Source: an uncultured Fibrobacterota bacterium | Lineage (GTDB): Bacteria > Fibrobacterota > Chitinivibrionia > Chitinivibrionales > FEN-1185 | NCBI GenBank assembly: GCA_963753345.1 | Contig: CAVWBU010000047.1 | Coordinates: forward strand, 128,001 to 192,000 | DNA length: 64,000 nucleotides | Reading direction: 5' to 3' | Shown here: piece after piece, positions 30,122-40,746 of the stretch | How positions within the stretch are numbered: position 1 is the first letter of the stretch | Layout of the letters: each line of letters opens with the position of its first letter | Position numbers and translations under genes: made by a program | The notes under the pieces: generated by a model | Told to the model about the DNA's origin: nothing | Databases searched by the model: none | Seen by the model: the letters and a program-made list of their open reading frames with translations, nothing else

Positions 30122-30302
30122 GGGAATCAGAAGCTCCCGGGGATCTTTGGACCGCGCGCAGTGAAGCACGTGCATTGTGCCTTTGTGGAAATCTACATGA
30201 GAAAACAAAAAAAATCAAATGCAAGAATGCGAGAAGCCCCAAAATACTTTGACAGTATGCAGTGACTGAAACCATTTTTAGAGCAAAGAAAGGAATCGCA
30301 AC

Positions 30303-30446
30303 ATGAAAAGAACGTTTCAACCGTCAAAGCGCAAGCGCATAAACACCCACGGGTTCAGGAAAAGGAATTCCACAAAGAGCGGAAGAAAGGTGCTTCGCAA
30401 GAGGAGAGCAAAAGGGCGCAAACGCCTCACCGTCTCCGACAAGTAG
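30303..30446 (+). CDS. rpmH: 50S ribosomal protein L34
   Basis: Below ORF-track cutoff: [47 protein letters not shown]. Confidence 0.97.
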   Translation: MKRTFQPSKRKRINTHGFRKRNSTKSGRKVLRKRRAKGRKRLTVSDK

Positions 30447-30451
30447 ACCGC

Positions 30452-30802
30452 GTGCAGGATACGCCACGTAGAGGTTGTGGACGCGCGTGCAGAATTTCGT
30501 CACGGGGGGAAATCGTTTTTCTTAGAAGAAATGGGTTACGGTGGCAAGGTGCAGCTTTTACGATATTGTACCGGGAAAACGCGCTTGGCTTCAATAGGTT
30601 TGCCGTTCTGGTGGGCAAGGCAAATGGAAATGCGGTTCAACGCAACAGAATAAAAAGGATCCTGAGAGAAGCTGTTCGAAAGAACAAGAGTGTCGTCCCT
30701 CCTTTTTTCGACATCCTCATCAAGCCTTTGGATAATGTTCTTCCATCCCAAGAGGAAGTAGAAAACAGTTACCGACGATGGAAAAATTTTGCAGGAAAAT
30801 AG
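30452..30802 (+). CDS. rnpA: Ribonuclease P protein component
   Basis: GNAVQRNRIKRILRE RNR motif; synteny. Confidence 0.92.
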   Translation: MQDTPRRGCGRACRISSRGEIVFLRRNGLRWQGAAFTILYRENALGFNRFAVLVGKANGNAVQRNRIKRILREAVRKNKSVVPPFFDILIKPLDNVLPSQEEVENSYRRWKNFAGK

Positions 30803-31035
30803 GGCAGTATGCCCTTTCTTGTCTTGTCATTCTGACAAAATCGGTCCTCATTGTGCCGCGGGGGTCATGCAGGTTTTCACCTTCATGCAGCGAGTATGCA
30901 TTGGAGGCGATCAAAACCATGCCGCTTCATCGCGCGGTGGCCGCCATTGCCTATCGGGTGTTGAGGTGCACGCCGTTCTCGCCGGGCGGATATGACCCCG
31001 TGCAAACGCAGGATCGAAAGGAAATGTTTTCGTGA
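30778..31035 (+). CDS. yidD: Membrane protein insertion efficiency factor
   Basis: CRFSPSCSEYALEAI, RVLRCTPFSPGGYDPV. Confidence 0.93.
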   Translation: MEKFCRKIGQYALSCLVILTKSVLIVPRGSCRFSPSCSEYALEAIKTMPLHRAVAAIAYRVLRCTPFSPGGYDPVQTQDRKEMFS

Positions 31036-32906
31036 ACAGAAATACCGCGCTCGCCTTTTCGCTGATACTCTTAACGTTCATTGGTTTCGGCTTGTACGAA
31101 AACTACACCGCGAAAAACAATCCTCAAAAAGCGGTGTCTTCCGTGCCCCCGAAATCTCCGGGGGTTACCGAAGGAGAAAAGCAGGGCGAGAACAATGCCT
31201 CTTCGGGCCGGGAAGCGCATTTGCAGGAGCCTACCGCAGCGGCGCCCGCGGCCGCCGCAATCGACACGGCTCGGAGAACGGCCGTGTCGGGTGACACCAT
31301 CTGGGTTGACAACGGGAAAATTCTTTGCGGCATCAGCGAGGTGGGGGCGCGAATCGTTGCACTAAGGATGAAGGAATACGGCTACGACAGAACCGGGTCC
31401 CATGAGCCTGCATCAAAGGAAAAGGTCGACCTTGTGGGCCGCTCGCCTATCGGGGGAGCCAATCTTGTCATCGACGCGGAGAGCTTCGATGCAAAGCTCT
31501 TCCAGGTGCAGGATACGGCAAAACGGATACACCTTCAGAAAGGCCAGAAGGCATGGATTTCGTTCAGCTGTCCCTATGCAATGGGAACGACCGTTACCAA
31601 ACGATATGCCTTTGAGGGAGATTCATACAGGATAGGGCTCGAGATTTTATCGCCCTCGCTTGACGGGAAGAGCGTTTCTGTTGGCTGGAATTGCGGCATC
31701 ACCGAGAGCGAATACCGCAAGGGAAACGCCGGGCAGAAAAGTATCGCAAATGTTAATGAACAGCGGAAGGTGCACCTCTACGGTGGAAATTCCATCGAGC
31801 ATATTCAGGCGAAGAAAGTGGATGAGAAGATAGACCCGAAGACCGGAACCTACAAATGGGCCGCGATCACCTCGAAGTACTTTGTTGTTGCGCTGATTGC
31901 AGACAGCGCGCGCAGCGCCGATATCAACATCGAAGGGTACGACGCGAGGGCATACGACGATGTGAAGCCGGTGGCAAAAAAGGGCGATATTGTAGACTAT
32001 GCTCTTTCGATTCGGCGGATTGGCGAGGGGGCGAAGGACGCCTACTGGATATACGCGGGCCCAGGTCGGCTCGCGGAGCTTCGTTCGTACCGCATAGGCC
32101 TCGAAAAGGTTCTGTTTGGCGGGTGGGTGTTTCTTTTCCGTGCCGACATATGGTTTCCTTATATATGTGAGTTTCTTCTGTGGTTGCTTGTGTATGTGAA
32201 CAAACTTGTGAAGGACTACGGTTTTACCATTATCATCATAACGATCCTTACAAGGGTAATCACCTATCCGCTATCGCAGAGCAGCATGCGGTCGATGAAT
32301 CGGATGAAGATGCTTCAGCCGAAAATCAATCACATTAGGGAGAGGTACAAGAGTAATCAGAAGAAAATGAACGAAGAAATCATGAATATGTATCGGGAGG
32401 AAGGGATCAATCCGCTTAATCCGGGATGCCTTCCGATGTTTCTGCAGATGCCCATTCTCTTTGCATTGTACGTGGTCCTTCAAAAGGCAATCGAACTTCG
32501 GGGTGCGCACACGGTCTTGATTCCGTGGGTACAGGACCTTTCCCAACCGGAAATACTGATTTCTCTCAAGAGCATTCCTGGGCTGTCGGGAATGTTTCCC
32601 GAGGGAATTCCAATGTACGGCTACGGAATCGCACTCATGCCTATTGCAATGGCCGTTCTGACCTTTATTCAAAACAAAATGACCATCAAAGATCCGAACC
32701 AGAAGGCCATGATCTACTTTATGCCGGTGTTCATGCTTGTGCTGTTCAATGGCCTGCCTTCGGGTCTGGTGTTCTACTGGACTGTTTCCAATGCGCTTGG
32801 CATTCTTCAGCAATACATTCTCAACAGGAGCATGGAAAAAGAAGCGGCTGCCTATAATGCAAAAGGGGAAAACAAGCCGCGATCGGGAAAAGCAGCCAAG
32901 AAATAG
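31032..32906 (+). CDS. yidC: Membrane protein insertase YidC
   Basis: MKMLQPKI, GCLPMFLQMPI, PSGLVFYW. Confidence 0.96.
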   Translation: MNRNTALAFSLILLTFIGFGLYENYTAKNNPQKAVSSVPPKSPGVTEGEKQGENNASSGREAHLQEPTAAAPAAAAIDTARRTAVSGDTIWVDNGKILCGISEVGARIVALRMKEYGYDRTGSHEPASKEKVDLVGRSPIGGANLVIDAESFDAKLFQVQDTAKRIHLQKGQKAWISFSCPYAMGTTVTKRYAFEGDSYRIGLEILSPSLDGKSVSVGWNCGITESEYRKGNAGQKSIANVNEQRKVHLYGGNSIEHIQAKKVDEKIDPKTGTYKWAAITSKYFVVALIADSARSADINIEGYDARAYDDVKPVAKKGDIVDYALSIRRIGEGAKDAYWIYAGPGRLAELRSYRIGLEKVLFGGWVFLFRADIWFPYICEFLLWLLVYVNKLVKDYGFTIIIITILTRVITYPLSQSSMRSMNRMKMLQPKINHIRERYKSNQKKMNEEIMNMYREEGINPLNPGCLPMFLQMPILFALYVVLQKAIELRGAHTVLIPWVQDLSQPEILISLKSIPGLSGMFPEGIPMYGYGIALMPIAMAVLTFIQNKMTIKDPNQKAMIYFMPVFMLVLFNGLPSGLVFYWTVSNALGILQQYILNRSMEKEAAAYNAKGENKPRSGKAAKK

Positions 32907-32987
32907 GCATCCGAAGAGTGTCGAACTCGCAACATCCGCAGGCGAAATCTTCACAATACAGCAGCACGAAAGAGCAGCGGGGTAACC

Positions 32988-34355
32988 ATGGAATCCCGCA
33001 CAATCGCAGCGCTTTCATCCGCGAAAGGGCGGGGGGCCATTTCGGTCATCCGCGTTTCGGGGTGCCGGACATTTGAGATCCTGGAGAAATGCCTTGAACC
33101 TCAATTGGCATTTCGCAGAAGCCCCGCCCGGAAGATAAATCTCTACACGTTTATTTCTCCTTTGACAAGAAGGGCGGTAGATCAAATTACTGCCGTCAGG
33201 TATGTCGGCCCTGCGTCGTTCACGGGTGAAGACATGGTGGAATTGTTCTGCCACGGCGGAGAATTTGCCGCGGAGAAGATTCTTTCGGCGCTCGCGGACG
33301 GGGGAGCGGATCTTGCGGAAAGAGGAGAATTTACTAGGCGCGCTTTTTTGAACGGAAAATTCGACCTACTGCATGCGGAGGCAATTCTCGGGATAATCGA
33401 GAGCAGGTCCAAAAGAGAGTATGAGGCGTCACTTGAAGCATTCATGGGTGAAAGCAGCAGGAGGCTCGCAACGTGGAGAGAGTCGATAAAGAACCTGTTG
33501 AGGGACGCAGATGCGTCGATAGAATTTCCTGAAGAGGAAAACGTGCAAACCAGTACCAAAATGCTCATAAGAAAAATTACTGAAACAAGGGAAGACATAG
33601 AAAGGGAATTGAAGGCAAGCGGAAAAAGCCACAGTATAGAAAAAGGAATAATTATACCGATTGTGGGTATCCCTAATGCAGGCAAATCGAGTCTATTCAA
33701 TTTATTGGTTGGATACGACAGATCAATTGTGCACTGGAAAGAAGGAACCACGCGAGACGGTATCGGGGAGGAAGTGGAAATTGCGGATGAACGAGTAACG
33801 TTGCTCGATACGGCCGGACTCCGAGATGCCGACAATGAAGTGGAGAAGATTGGAATCACGAAGACAAGAGAATACATGGAAAAGGCGTCTCTGGTGATAT
33901 GGGTGACTTCGGCGGACGCAGAATTGACAAGCATGGAAGAGCAAATACTTGCCAAGGAAGGCCAGAGTAAATTTGTTGCCGTCATAAGCAAGAAGGATCT
34001 GGCCGACACAACCCCAAAGGAAAGAGTACTTGCAGAGAAAAAAATTCCCTTTCTCTCATGCTGCCTGCTTGACACAAAAGACAGGGAGAAGCTAGTTACT
34101 TTTGCGGAGGTTGCCGTCAGGAAAAGAATCGGTTCAATCGCGACCTCCAGCGTTCTGCTCGCAAAAAGGCATGAGGCCATTGCAGCAAGAATTGTGGAAG
34201 AATTGAAGCAAGTCGAGAATAATGGAGGAGCCGGAGAAGAGGTTGCGGCCGCCGGACTCCGCAGAGCACTTTCGCTGTTTGCCGAGTTGATCGGAGAAAC
34301 CACAAACGAGGAAATCCTTACCGGTATCTTTTCACAGTTCTGTGTAGGAAAGTGA
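32988..34355 (+). CDS. mnmE: tRNA modification GTPase MnmE
   Basis: SFTGED, GEFTRRAFLNGK, GIPNAGKSS, GTTRD, DTAG, FCVGK. Confidence 0.96.
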   Translation: MESRTIAALSSAKGRGAISVIRVSGCRTFEILEKCLEPQLAFRRSPARKINLYTFISPLTRRAVDQITAVRYVGPASFTGEDMVELFCHGGEFAAEKILSALADGGADLAERGEFTRRAFLNGKFDLLHAEAILGIIESRSKREYEASLEAFMGESSRRLATWRESIKNLLRDADASIEFPEEENVQTSTKMLIRKITETREDIERELKASGKSHSIEKGIIIPIVGIPNAGKSSLFNLLVGYDRSIVHWKEGTTRDGIGEEVEIADERVTLLDTAGLRDADNEVEKIGITKTREYMEKASLVIWVTSADAELTSMEEQILAKEGQSKFVAVISKKDLADTTPKERVLAEKKIPFLSCCLLDTKDREKLVTFAEVAVRKRIGSIATSSVLLAKRHEAIAARIVEELKQVENNGGAGEEVAAAGLRRALSLFAELIGETTNEEILTGIFSQFCVGK

Positions 34356-34390
34356 AATCACCGAGGAGGGTGCATGAACTTCCCGTCTGG

Positions 34391-34508
34391 GTGAATAGCA
34401 CTGCCCGCGCATTCCCCGTGACTTGGCGCGGGGTTAGCGGGCGAATATTTGTTATTCTATTTCCTTAGCTATGGGAGAATCCCCGCCACTTGGGGCGGGG
34501 TTCATCAA
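34391..34508 (-). mobile_element. Non-autonomous IS200/IS605-like two-hairpin element, copy 1
   Basis: Minus strand: TTGAT-hairpin CCCCGCCCCAAGTGGCGGGG..AAGGAA..CGCTAACCCCG..CGGGGAATGCGC..TTCA; homologous to 51104-51257 and 53792-53913. Confidence 0.6.
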
Positions 34509-34612
34509 TCACCGACAGCGCGTTCTCCCAAGGGTTCTTCCCGGCACCCCGCCTGACTCTTTCTGCAAGCATCTGTGGGTTTCCATCTGGTATTTTTCTG
34601 GAGAATATAAAA

Positions 34613-34628
34613 CGTTTCACGTGAAACA
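34613..34628. promoter_or_regulatory. parS site
   Basis: CGTTTCACGTGAAACA, 15/16 match to TGTTTCACGTGAAACA. Confidence 0.9.
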
Positions 34629-34649
34629 GCGAAAGGCGACTGTGGTCTT

Positions 34650-36521
34650 ATGAAATTCGACATCGTAGTGGTCGGCGGGGGCCATGCAGGACTGGAGGCC
34701 GCTCATACATGCAGTAAGAAGGGGCTAAGGACGCTTCTTGTCACAACGCATCTGGATCTTATCGGACAGATGTCATGCAATCCTGCAATTGGTGGAATTG
34801 CCAAAGGCAATATGGTGCGAGAAATAGACGCCCTCGGCGGAATAATGGCAAAAATCACCGATGAGGCGGGGATTCACTTCAAGATGCTCAACCAAACAAA
34901 AGGAATGGCTGTTTGGGGGAACAGGGCCCAAGCCGACAAGCTGGCCTACAGAAAGGTGGCAAGGAAATTTCTTGAAAGTCAGCCTTCGCTTAGCCTTTTT
35001 CAGGGACGGGTCATTAGTATTAAAATAAGAAGCGGCAGGGCTCGCGCTGCTGTATTGGAATGCGGAGAAGAAATAGAAGCCAATTGTTTTGTCCTTGCCG
35101 TGGGTACGTTTCTGAACGGCGTTGCCCACATTGGTCTCACCTCTTTTCCCTGCGGTAGACTGGGCGAGCTGCCGTCAAAAGGCCTGACGGAATCCCTTTG
35201 CGAGCACGGGATTATTTCAGGAAGGCTGAAGACGGGCACATCACCCAGAATTGACGGAAGGACCGTCGATTATCAGAAACTCGCTATACAAGAGGGAGAT
35301 GCTTCTCCTTGGCCTTTTTCATTTTCCTCAGATCACCAACCGGAAAACAAGGCGGTGTGCTGGATTACAAAGACAACCTCGGAGACCCACGAAATCATCC
35401 GGTCAAACCTCGACAGGTCGCCGCTGTATACAGGCAAAATAAAGAGTGTCGGGCCGCGGTATTGTCCTTCCATCGAGGACAAAGTGGTTCGGTTTGGAGA
35501 TAGAGATGGTCATACATTATTTTTAGAACCAGAGGGACTGGATACCAGTGAGATGTATCTCAATGGATTGTCCACAAGTTTGCCCTTCGATGTCCAACAG
35601 TTAATGCTTCACAGCGTGCCGGGGTTCGAAAAATCAGCGTTGACGCGGCCGGGATATGGCATTGAGTATGACTTTTTTCCGCCGATGCAACTGTGGCCGA
35701 CATTGGAATCAAAAATCGTGGAGAACTTGTTCTTTGCCGGCCAGATAAACGGGACATCTGGCTACGAAGAGGCGGCAGCTCAAGGTTTGATTGCCGGGAT
35801 AAACGCTTCCGAAAAGGTACTTGGCGGTTCCCCCCTCATTCTTGGCCGGGATACCGCATATATCGGCGTTCTGGTAGACGACCTGGTTACAAAAGGAACC
35901 GAAGAGCCATACAGAATGTTCACCTCCCGGGCAGAGTACCGGTTGGGGCTCCGGCAGGACGATGCCGATGAGCGGTTGATGCCCGTTGCAATGCAGCACG
36001 AACTCATTTCCAAGGAGGCGTTTGAAAGAAGGAGGCGGGTTTGGGACGAAAAAGCGCGGTATAAAAAACTGATTTCCGAGGCTAGAATAACACCCGAACG
36101 CTGGAAGCGCAACAGCAAGGCCTCGCCGGAAATCAAGACGATAGCCCAAGCGGCATTGCTGTTGAAACGTCCCGAAGTACGGATTGAAGATATTCTCGAG
36201 GCAATCGCCGAAAGGATCGAAGACCGAGAAATCCGTCTTGGTGTGGAGGCAGATATCAAATATTGCGGATTTATTGAAAAACAAAATGAATACCTGGAAA
36301 AATTCCGTAGAATGGAAAACGAGCTGATACCCGACACATTCGAATACCAAACCCTTGAGGGGCTTCTCGCTGAGTCCAGATCTAAGCTCTCGAAGATAAA
36401 GCCTCGATCCCTCGGGCAGGCCCTGAGAATTCCCGGGGTTACACCGGCCGACATAGCCGTGCTTATGGTTTCCTTATCCAAACAAAAGAACGTTTCACGT
36501 GGAACAACGGTGAGAATATGA
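34650..36521 (+). CDS. mnmG: tRNA modification enzyme MnmG (GidA)
   Basis: GGGHAG, MSCNPAIGG, RLKTGT, GPRYCPSIEDK, GQINGTSGYEEAAAQG. Confidence 0.98.
   Translation: MKFDIVVVGGGHAGLEAAHTCSKKGLRTLLVTTHLDLIGQMSCNPAIGGIAKGNMVREIDALGGIMAKITDEAGIHFKMLNQTKGMAVWGNRAQADKLAYRKVARKFLESQPSLSLFQGRVISIKIRSGRARAAVLECGEEIEANCFVLAVGTFLNGVAHIGLTSFPCGRLGELPSKGLTESLCEHGIISGRLKTGTSPRIDGRTVDYQKLAIQEGDASPWPFSFSSDHQPENKAVCWITKTTSETHEIIRSNLDRSPLYTGKIKSVGPRYCPSIEDKVVRFGDRDGHTLFLEPEGLDTSEMYLNGLSTSLPFDVQQLMLHSVPGFEKSALTRPGYGIEYDFFPPMQLWPTLESKIVENLFFAGQINGTSGYEEAAAQGLIAGINASEKVLGGSPLILGRDTAYIGVLVDDLVTKGTEEPYRMFTSRAEYRLGLRQDDADERLMPVAMQHELISKEAFERRRRVWDEKARYKKLISEARITPERWKRNSKASPEIKTIAQAALLLKRPEVRIEDILEAIAERIEDREIRLGVEADIKYCGFIEKQNEYLEKFRRMENELIPDTFEYQTLEGLLAESRSKLSKIKPRSLGQALRIPGVTPADIAVLMVSLSKQKNVSRGTTVRI
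36491..36506. promoter_or_regulatory. parS site within mnmG 3' end
   Basis: CGTTTCACGTGGAACA. Confidence 0.85.
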
Positions 36522-37201
36522 ACAAGACAGCGAGGGTTTTCCTAGAACGGGCAAGAAAGTGCTACGAGTTAAAAGAACTCGAAAGGCTGGGGCTTACACC
36601 CACTCTTGAACAACGAGACCAGATCCTTAGCTATATGGCCCTGTTACTCAAGTGGAATGCTGCTGCCGGACTGATTTCCCCAGGAGACGAAGATCATATG
36701 TTCCTGCGCCATTTCTGTGATTCGCTTCAGCCGCTTCTTCTGTTCGGGTTCAAGAAGAACGCAAAGATTCTTGATATTGGAGCTGGTGGCGGATTTCCTT
36801 CGATTCCCATTCGTATTTTTAGGCCCGACCTTGCGTTTGTGCTTGCGGAATCCAACAGGAAGAAAAGCATGTTTCTCCAGCAGGCGAGAACGGACCTTAG
36901 CTTTGTAAACATGGAAATATACCTGGGCAATGCGGAAAAGCTTCCCCAGTCTGAGAGGAGATTCGATTATGTAATAAGCAGGGGTCTTGGGACAATGCAA
37001 AAATTCTCTCAACTTGCCAGACCTTTTCTTGCACCAGAGGGACATATGTACACTTTCAAGACGAAACAGTTTGCTCAGGAGCTCGACAGCATCACATCGA
37101 GCAAAGACAAAGATGGGATAAAAATAAGTGAAATTGCCGAATACGATCTCGGGAATCAGATTTTCGGACTTAATCTTGTCTCGCTTGAATTGATGAAATA
37201 G
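36518..37201 (+). CDS. rsmG: 16S rRNA m7G527 methyltransferase
   Basis: RHFCDSL, LDIGAGGGFP, ESNRKK; follows mnmG. Confidence 0.92.
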   Translation: MNKTARVFLERARKCYELKELERLGLTPTLEQRDQILSYMALLLKWNAAAGLISPGDEDHMFLRHFCDSLQPLLLFGFKKNAKILDIGAGGGFPSIPIRIFRPDLAFVLAESNRKKSMFLQQARTDLSFVNMEIYLGNAEKLPQSERRFDYVISRGLGTMQKFSQLARPFLAPEGHMYTFKTKQFAQELDSITSSKDKDGIKISEIAEYDLGNQIFGLNLVSLELMK

Positions 37202-37351
37202 CCCCAAACAAATATCCCGATGTTGTGCACAAATAACAGACCTTCCGAAGCTCGTGGATTTGCAGCTCGTCCTCGCCATGGTTGAGCCAAGTCTGTCACC
37301 CGATAATAATCGGAAACATGCAGAGAATACTGTTAAGGGAAGGAACCTCTC

Positions 37352-38137
37352 TTGGGAAGAATAATTGCGGTCTGTAATCAAAAGGGAGGTGTGGGAAAGA
37401 CCACAACTGCAATTAACATTGCCGCAACAATTGCTGCAGCGGAGCATGAGACGTTGCTCGTGGACATGGACCCCCAGAGCAACGCAACCACCGGCATCGG
37501 GATAGACAAAAACAATGTTGAAAATTCCATGTATGAGGTTATAACCAGGAGGAAAAAAGGGAACAGGGACATTGCCCTGGTCGACATCATCCTGCCCTGT
37601 GAACAAATAAACTTTCTGCATGTTGCCCCATCAAGTCCCGATCTTGCCTCAGCCGAGATAGAGCTTGTCAATGTTCTTGCCCGGGAAAAAAGCCTCAAAA
37701 ACGTCATCGAATCCGTCCGGAACAAATACGAATATGTCATTGTCGATTCGCCTCCCTCGCTCGGTCTTCTTACCGTAAACATCCTGACGGCTGCCGATTC
37801 GGTTCTCATTCCCATACAGTGCGAGTACTATGCGCTGGAAGGGCTTGCCGAACTTTTGAGCACGATTCGCTTGGTCCAGAAGAATCTAAATGCAGATCTT
37901 GCGATTGAGGGAGCATTGCTCACCATGTATGATAGCAGGCTTAATCTTTCTCGTCAGGTTGCCGAAGATGTAAAATCGTGTTTTCCCGGAAAGGTATTCG
38001 ACACAATTATTTCACGAAACGTCAAACTCTCGGAGGCCCCATCGTTTGGGAAGCCAATAATTCTGTATGATATCATGTCCTCCGGTGCGGAAAATTACCT
38101 GAACCTTGCAAAGGAAATCATGCGCAATGGCGAGTAG
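37352..38137 (+). CDS. parA: Chromosome partitioning ATPase ParA/Soj
   Basis: NQKGGVGKTTT, DMDPQSNAT, PIQCEYYALEG, LSEAPSFG. Confidence 0.97.
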   Translation: MGRIIAVCNQKGGVGKTTTAINIAATIAAAEHETLLVDMDPQSNATTGIGIDKNNVENSMYEVITRRKKGNRDIALVDIILPCEQINFLHVAPSSPDLASAEIELVNVLAREKSLKNVIESVRNKYEYVIVDSPPSLGLLTVNILTAADSVLIPIQCEYYALEGLAELLSTIRLVQKNLNADLAIEGALLTMYDSRLNLSRQVAEDVKSCFPGKVFDTIISRNVKLSEAPSFGKPIILYDIMSSGAENYLNLAKEIMRNGE

Positions 38138-39020
38138 CGGTCATTCTCGAAGAGCACTGGGAAGAGGTCTTACAAACCTCATTCCGCAGGATAGCGAAGA
38201 AAGGGGAAGCGACAACAAAGTTGTCCTCGTGGATTGCAATTCCATCCGGCCTAACCCATTTCAGCCCCGACGGGGATTCGACAAGGAAGAATTGGATGGA
38301 CTGGCGGAAAGCATCAAAAACCAGGGCCTTCTTCAGCCGATCATCTTGAGAAAGAAGCTTGACGGATACGAAATTGTCTCGGGCGAACGCAGGTTTCGTG
38401 CTCTTCGGCAACTGGGCCACGACAAAATTCCCTGCATCATTAAGCCGAAAATAGCCGACCGCGAAATGATAGAGATGGCGCTTGTGGAAAACATTCAACG
38501 CGAGGACTTGAACGAAATCGAACAGGCCGCCGCATTTCAGAAGCTCATGCTTGAATGCGGGCTTTCACATGAAGAACTGTCGAAAAAGGTGGGAAAAAGC
38601 AGGAGCGCCATTACCAATACGCTTCGATTGTTGAAACTGCCCGAGGAGCTCCAGCGGCGATTAATCCGGGGCGAATTAACCATGGGGCACGCGAGGGCGC
38701 TGCTGTCGGTCGAGGGCGATTTGGAGCAGAAAGCACTCGGGGAGAGGATCGTTTCCGAGAACCTTTCCGTGCGAGAAGTTGAAGAGATTGTTCAGCATGG
38801 CAGGCAGAGAAGAACATTTTTGAAAGCGGGTTCTTCAAAGAAACGGCCACTGGAGCACCAAGATCCGAACATGGTCGTGCTTGTTGAGAAGCTAATCCAC
38901 AGGTTTGGAACCAAGGTATCTATTATAGGATTGCAGAATCACAAGGGCAAAATAGAGATCTATTTTCATGATATGGCCGATTTCAACAGGATTTCAGACC
39001 TTCTCTCCCACGGACAGTAG
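38127..39020 (+). CDS. parB: Chromosome partitioning protein ParB
   Basis: ALGRGL, NPFQPR, GERRFRA, ENIQREDL, GKSRSAITNTLRLL. Confidence 0.97.
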   Translation: MASSGHSRRALGRGLTNLIPQDSEERGSDNKVVLVDCNSIRPNPFQPRRGFDKEELDGLAESIKNQGLLQPIILRKKLDGYEIVSGERRFRALRQLGHDKIPCIIKPKIADREMIEMALVENIQREDLNEIEQAAAFQKLMLECGLSHEELSKKVGKSRSAITNTLRLLKLPEELQRRLIRGELTMGHARALLSVEGDLEQKALGERIVSENLSVREVEEIVQHGRQRRTFLKAGSSKKRPLEHQDPNMVVLVEKLIHRFGTKVSIIGLQNHKGKIEIYFHDMADFNRISDLLSHGQ

Positions 39021-39097
39021 TATGTTCGTTTCATCAGAGCAATTAGGAAGTGCTGTTCCTGTTTTCCGGAATGGCACCGTTAACCAGCGAAAGTGAA

Positions 39098-39967
39098 ATG
39101 CAGAGAAAAAAATATTACACAATAATGTTTATTCCGGAGGGCAACCTTCGGACATTTTCCATGCATGTCCATAGAAACATTGTGTACTCATTAGGCGCAT
39201 TTCTTCTAATCTTTTTTGTCGGTTTTATCCTTCTGGTCGTAAAGTCAGGAGAGATTGCAGCAAAACTCCAGCTTGTTTATATTCTTACCCTTGAGAACAA
39301 GAGGTTAAAGGAAGAGAAGGGAAAGATCACCTACGTGGCAGCCAAGCAGGACAGAATAGAACAGATGGGGCGCTATCTGCAGAGAATTGGAAGGTCGGTA
39401 AGTGCCGATCAAAAGAAAAGTCAGAGTTCCCTGCTGGCTCTTAAGGGTAACAGTCACGGCGTTGTTCCGCGGGACAATATTGACGAAATGATAGATAGCC
39501 TTGCAGAGCCGTCGACAAGCAGGGTAGACGATGCGGGCAAGCGGAGTGTTGCAAGAGAAATGTCTCTCGCGGCACTTCCAAATATTCAGCCTGTTGTTGA
39601 CGGGTGGATAACAAGGGGGTATCTGGTTGAGGCCAACGACACCGAACAAGCGCACAACGGTGTTGACTATGCCGCAACGCAGGGCTCATTGATTCGCGCA
39701 ACAGCACCGGGAATTGTTGACAATGTCGTCAACGACAGATACTTTGGACTTCTGCTTACCATCAAGCACGCGTATGGAATGTCAACGAGGTACGGCCATT
39801 GTCTGCAGATTCTTGTGTCGAAGGGTGATCACGTTGAACGCGGTCAGACGGTGGCCCTGGTCGGAAACACAGGGCGGTCCTCCGCGCCGCACCTGCACTA
39901 CGAAGTGCTTAAAGACGGCAAGAATGTCGACCCGACAAATTATATTGTGACCACGAGCGAGAAATGA
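39098..39967 (+). CDS. M23 family peptidoglycan peptidase
   Basis: TM plus coiled coil; HNGVD, HLH Zn motifs. Confidence 0.92.
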   Translation: MQRKKYYTIMFIPEGNLRTFSMHVHRNIVYSLGAFLLIFFVGFILLVVKSGEIAAKLQLVYILTLENKRLKEEKGKITYVAAKQDRIEQMGRYLQRIGRSVSADQKKSQSSLLALKGNSHGVVPRDNIDEMIDSLAEPSTSRVDDAGKRSVAREMSLAALPNIQPVVDGWITRGYLVEANDTEQAHNGVDYAATQGSLIRATAPGIVDNVVNDRYFGLLLTIKHAYGMSTRYGHCLQILVSKGDHVERGQTVALVGNTGRSSAPHLHYEVLKDGKNVDPTNYIVTTSEK

Positions 39968-39996
39968 AAACAACGGTCTTATCACAGGAGCGAAAC

Positions 39997-40350
39997 ATGG
40001 ACAAAAGCAACGACAAAGGATTGCACACAATCCTGGGGGAAGGTACGGTCTTTGAAGGAACCCTTTCGGTACCTCACAGCGTTCGCATAGACGGCCAGCT
40101 TAAGGGAAAACTGGAAACCTCGGAAACACTAACGGTGGGAAGCAAGGGCCTTGTCGAGGCAGACATTGTTGCAAAGAATGCCATTATTGGGGGCAGCATA
40201 CGAGGAAACATGTCGGTGGAAGACCGGATTGAACTCGAGGCAACAGCATCTCTTGTCGGAGATTTGAAGACTCGTGATCTGGTAATCAATGAAGGTGCCA
40301 CATTTCACGGAAATTGTCTGATGGATACGGGAAAGAACGTTCGCGTATAG
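39997..40350 (+). CDS. Bactofilin (polymer-forming cytoskeletal protein)
   Basis: TILGEGTVFEG, RIDG, INEGATFHG beta-helix repeats. Confidence 0.93.
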   Translation: MDKSNDKGLHTILGEGTVFEGTLSVPHSVRIDGQLKGKLETSETLTVGSKGLVEADIVAKNAIIGGSIRGNMSVEDRIELEATASLVGDLKTRDLVINEGATFHGNCLMDTGKNVRV

Positions 40351-40746
40351 CGCAGCGTGCTGTTTGGCCGAACCATTGAAAACAGGCTGGCTTGAGGGAC
40401 ATGGCTCCATATTGAGGACCGGTGTTGACAACTGTTCGCAGCCAACTGCAACAATATCACATTGATAAAAAACAAGTTACAGCAAGAGCATTCTTGAGCC
40501 AACAAGTTATCAACACGGCTTTCTTCCACCCCTGGTCAATGTTGACAACAAGTTCTGCGAGCTCCCCCTGTTCATTCCACAACATTCCCCGTAACTGCTG
40601 ATTGCGGTCGGCCACAGACGCGGCCAGGGGCACACGGGCAGTTTTACCGCACGTAAAGATGATGGCGGCACAACCAGTCCGGTGTGTCAAGGCGTCCGTT
40701 CGAGGGGCTTTGTGAAAGAGTCCAAACGTAAACAGCGCGCGGGATT

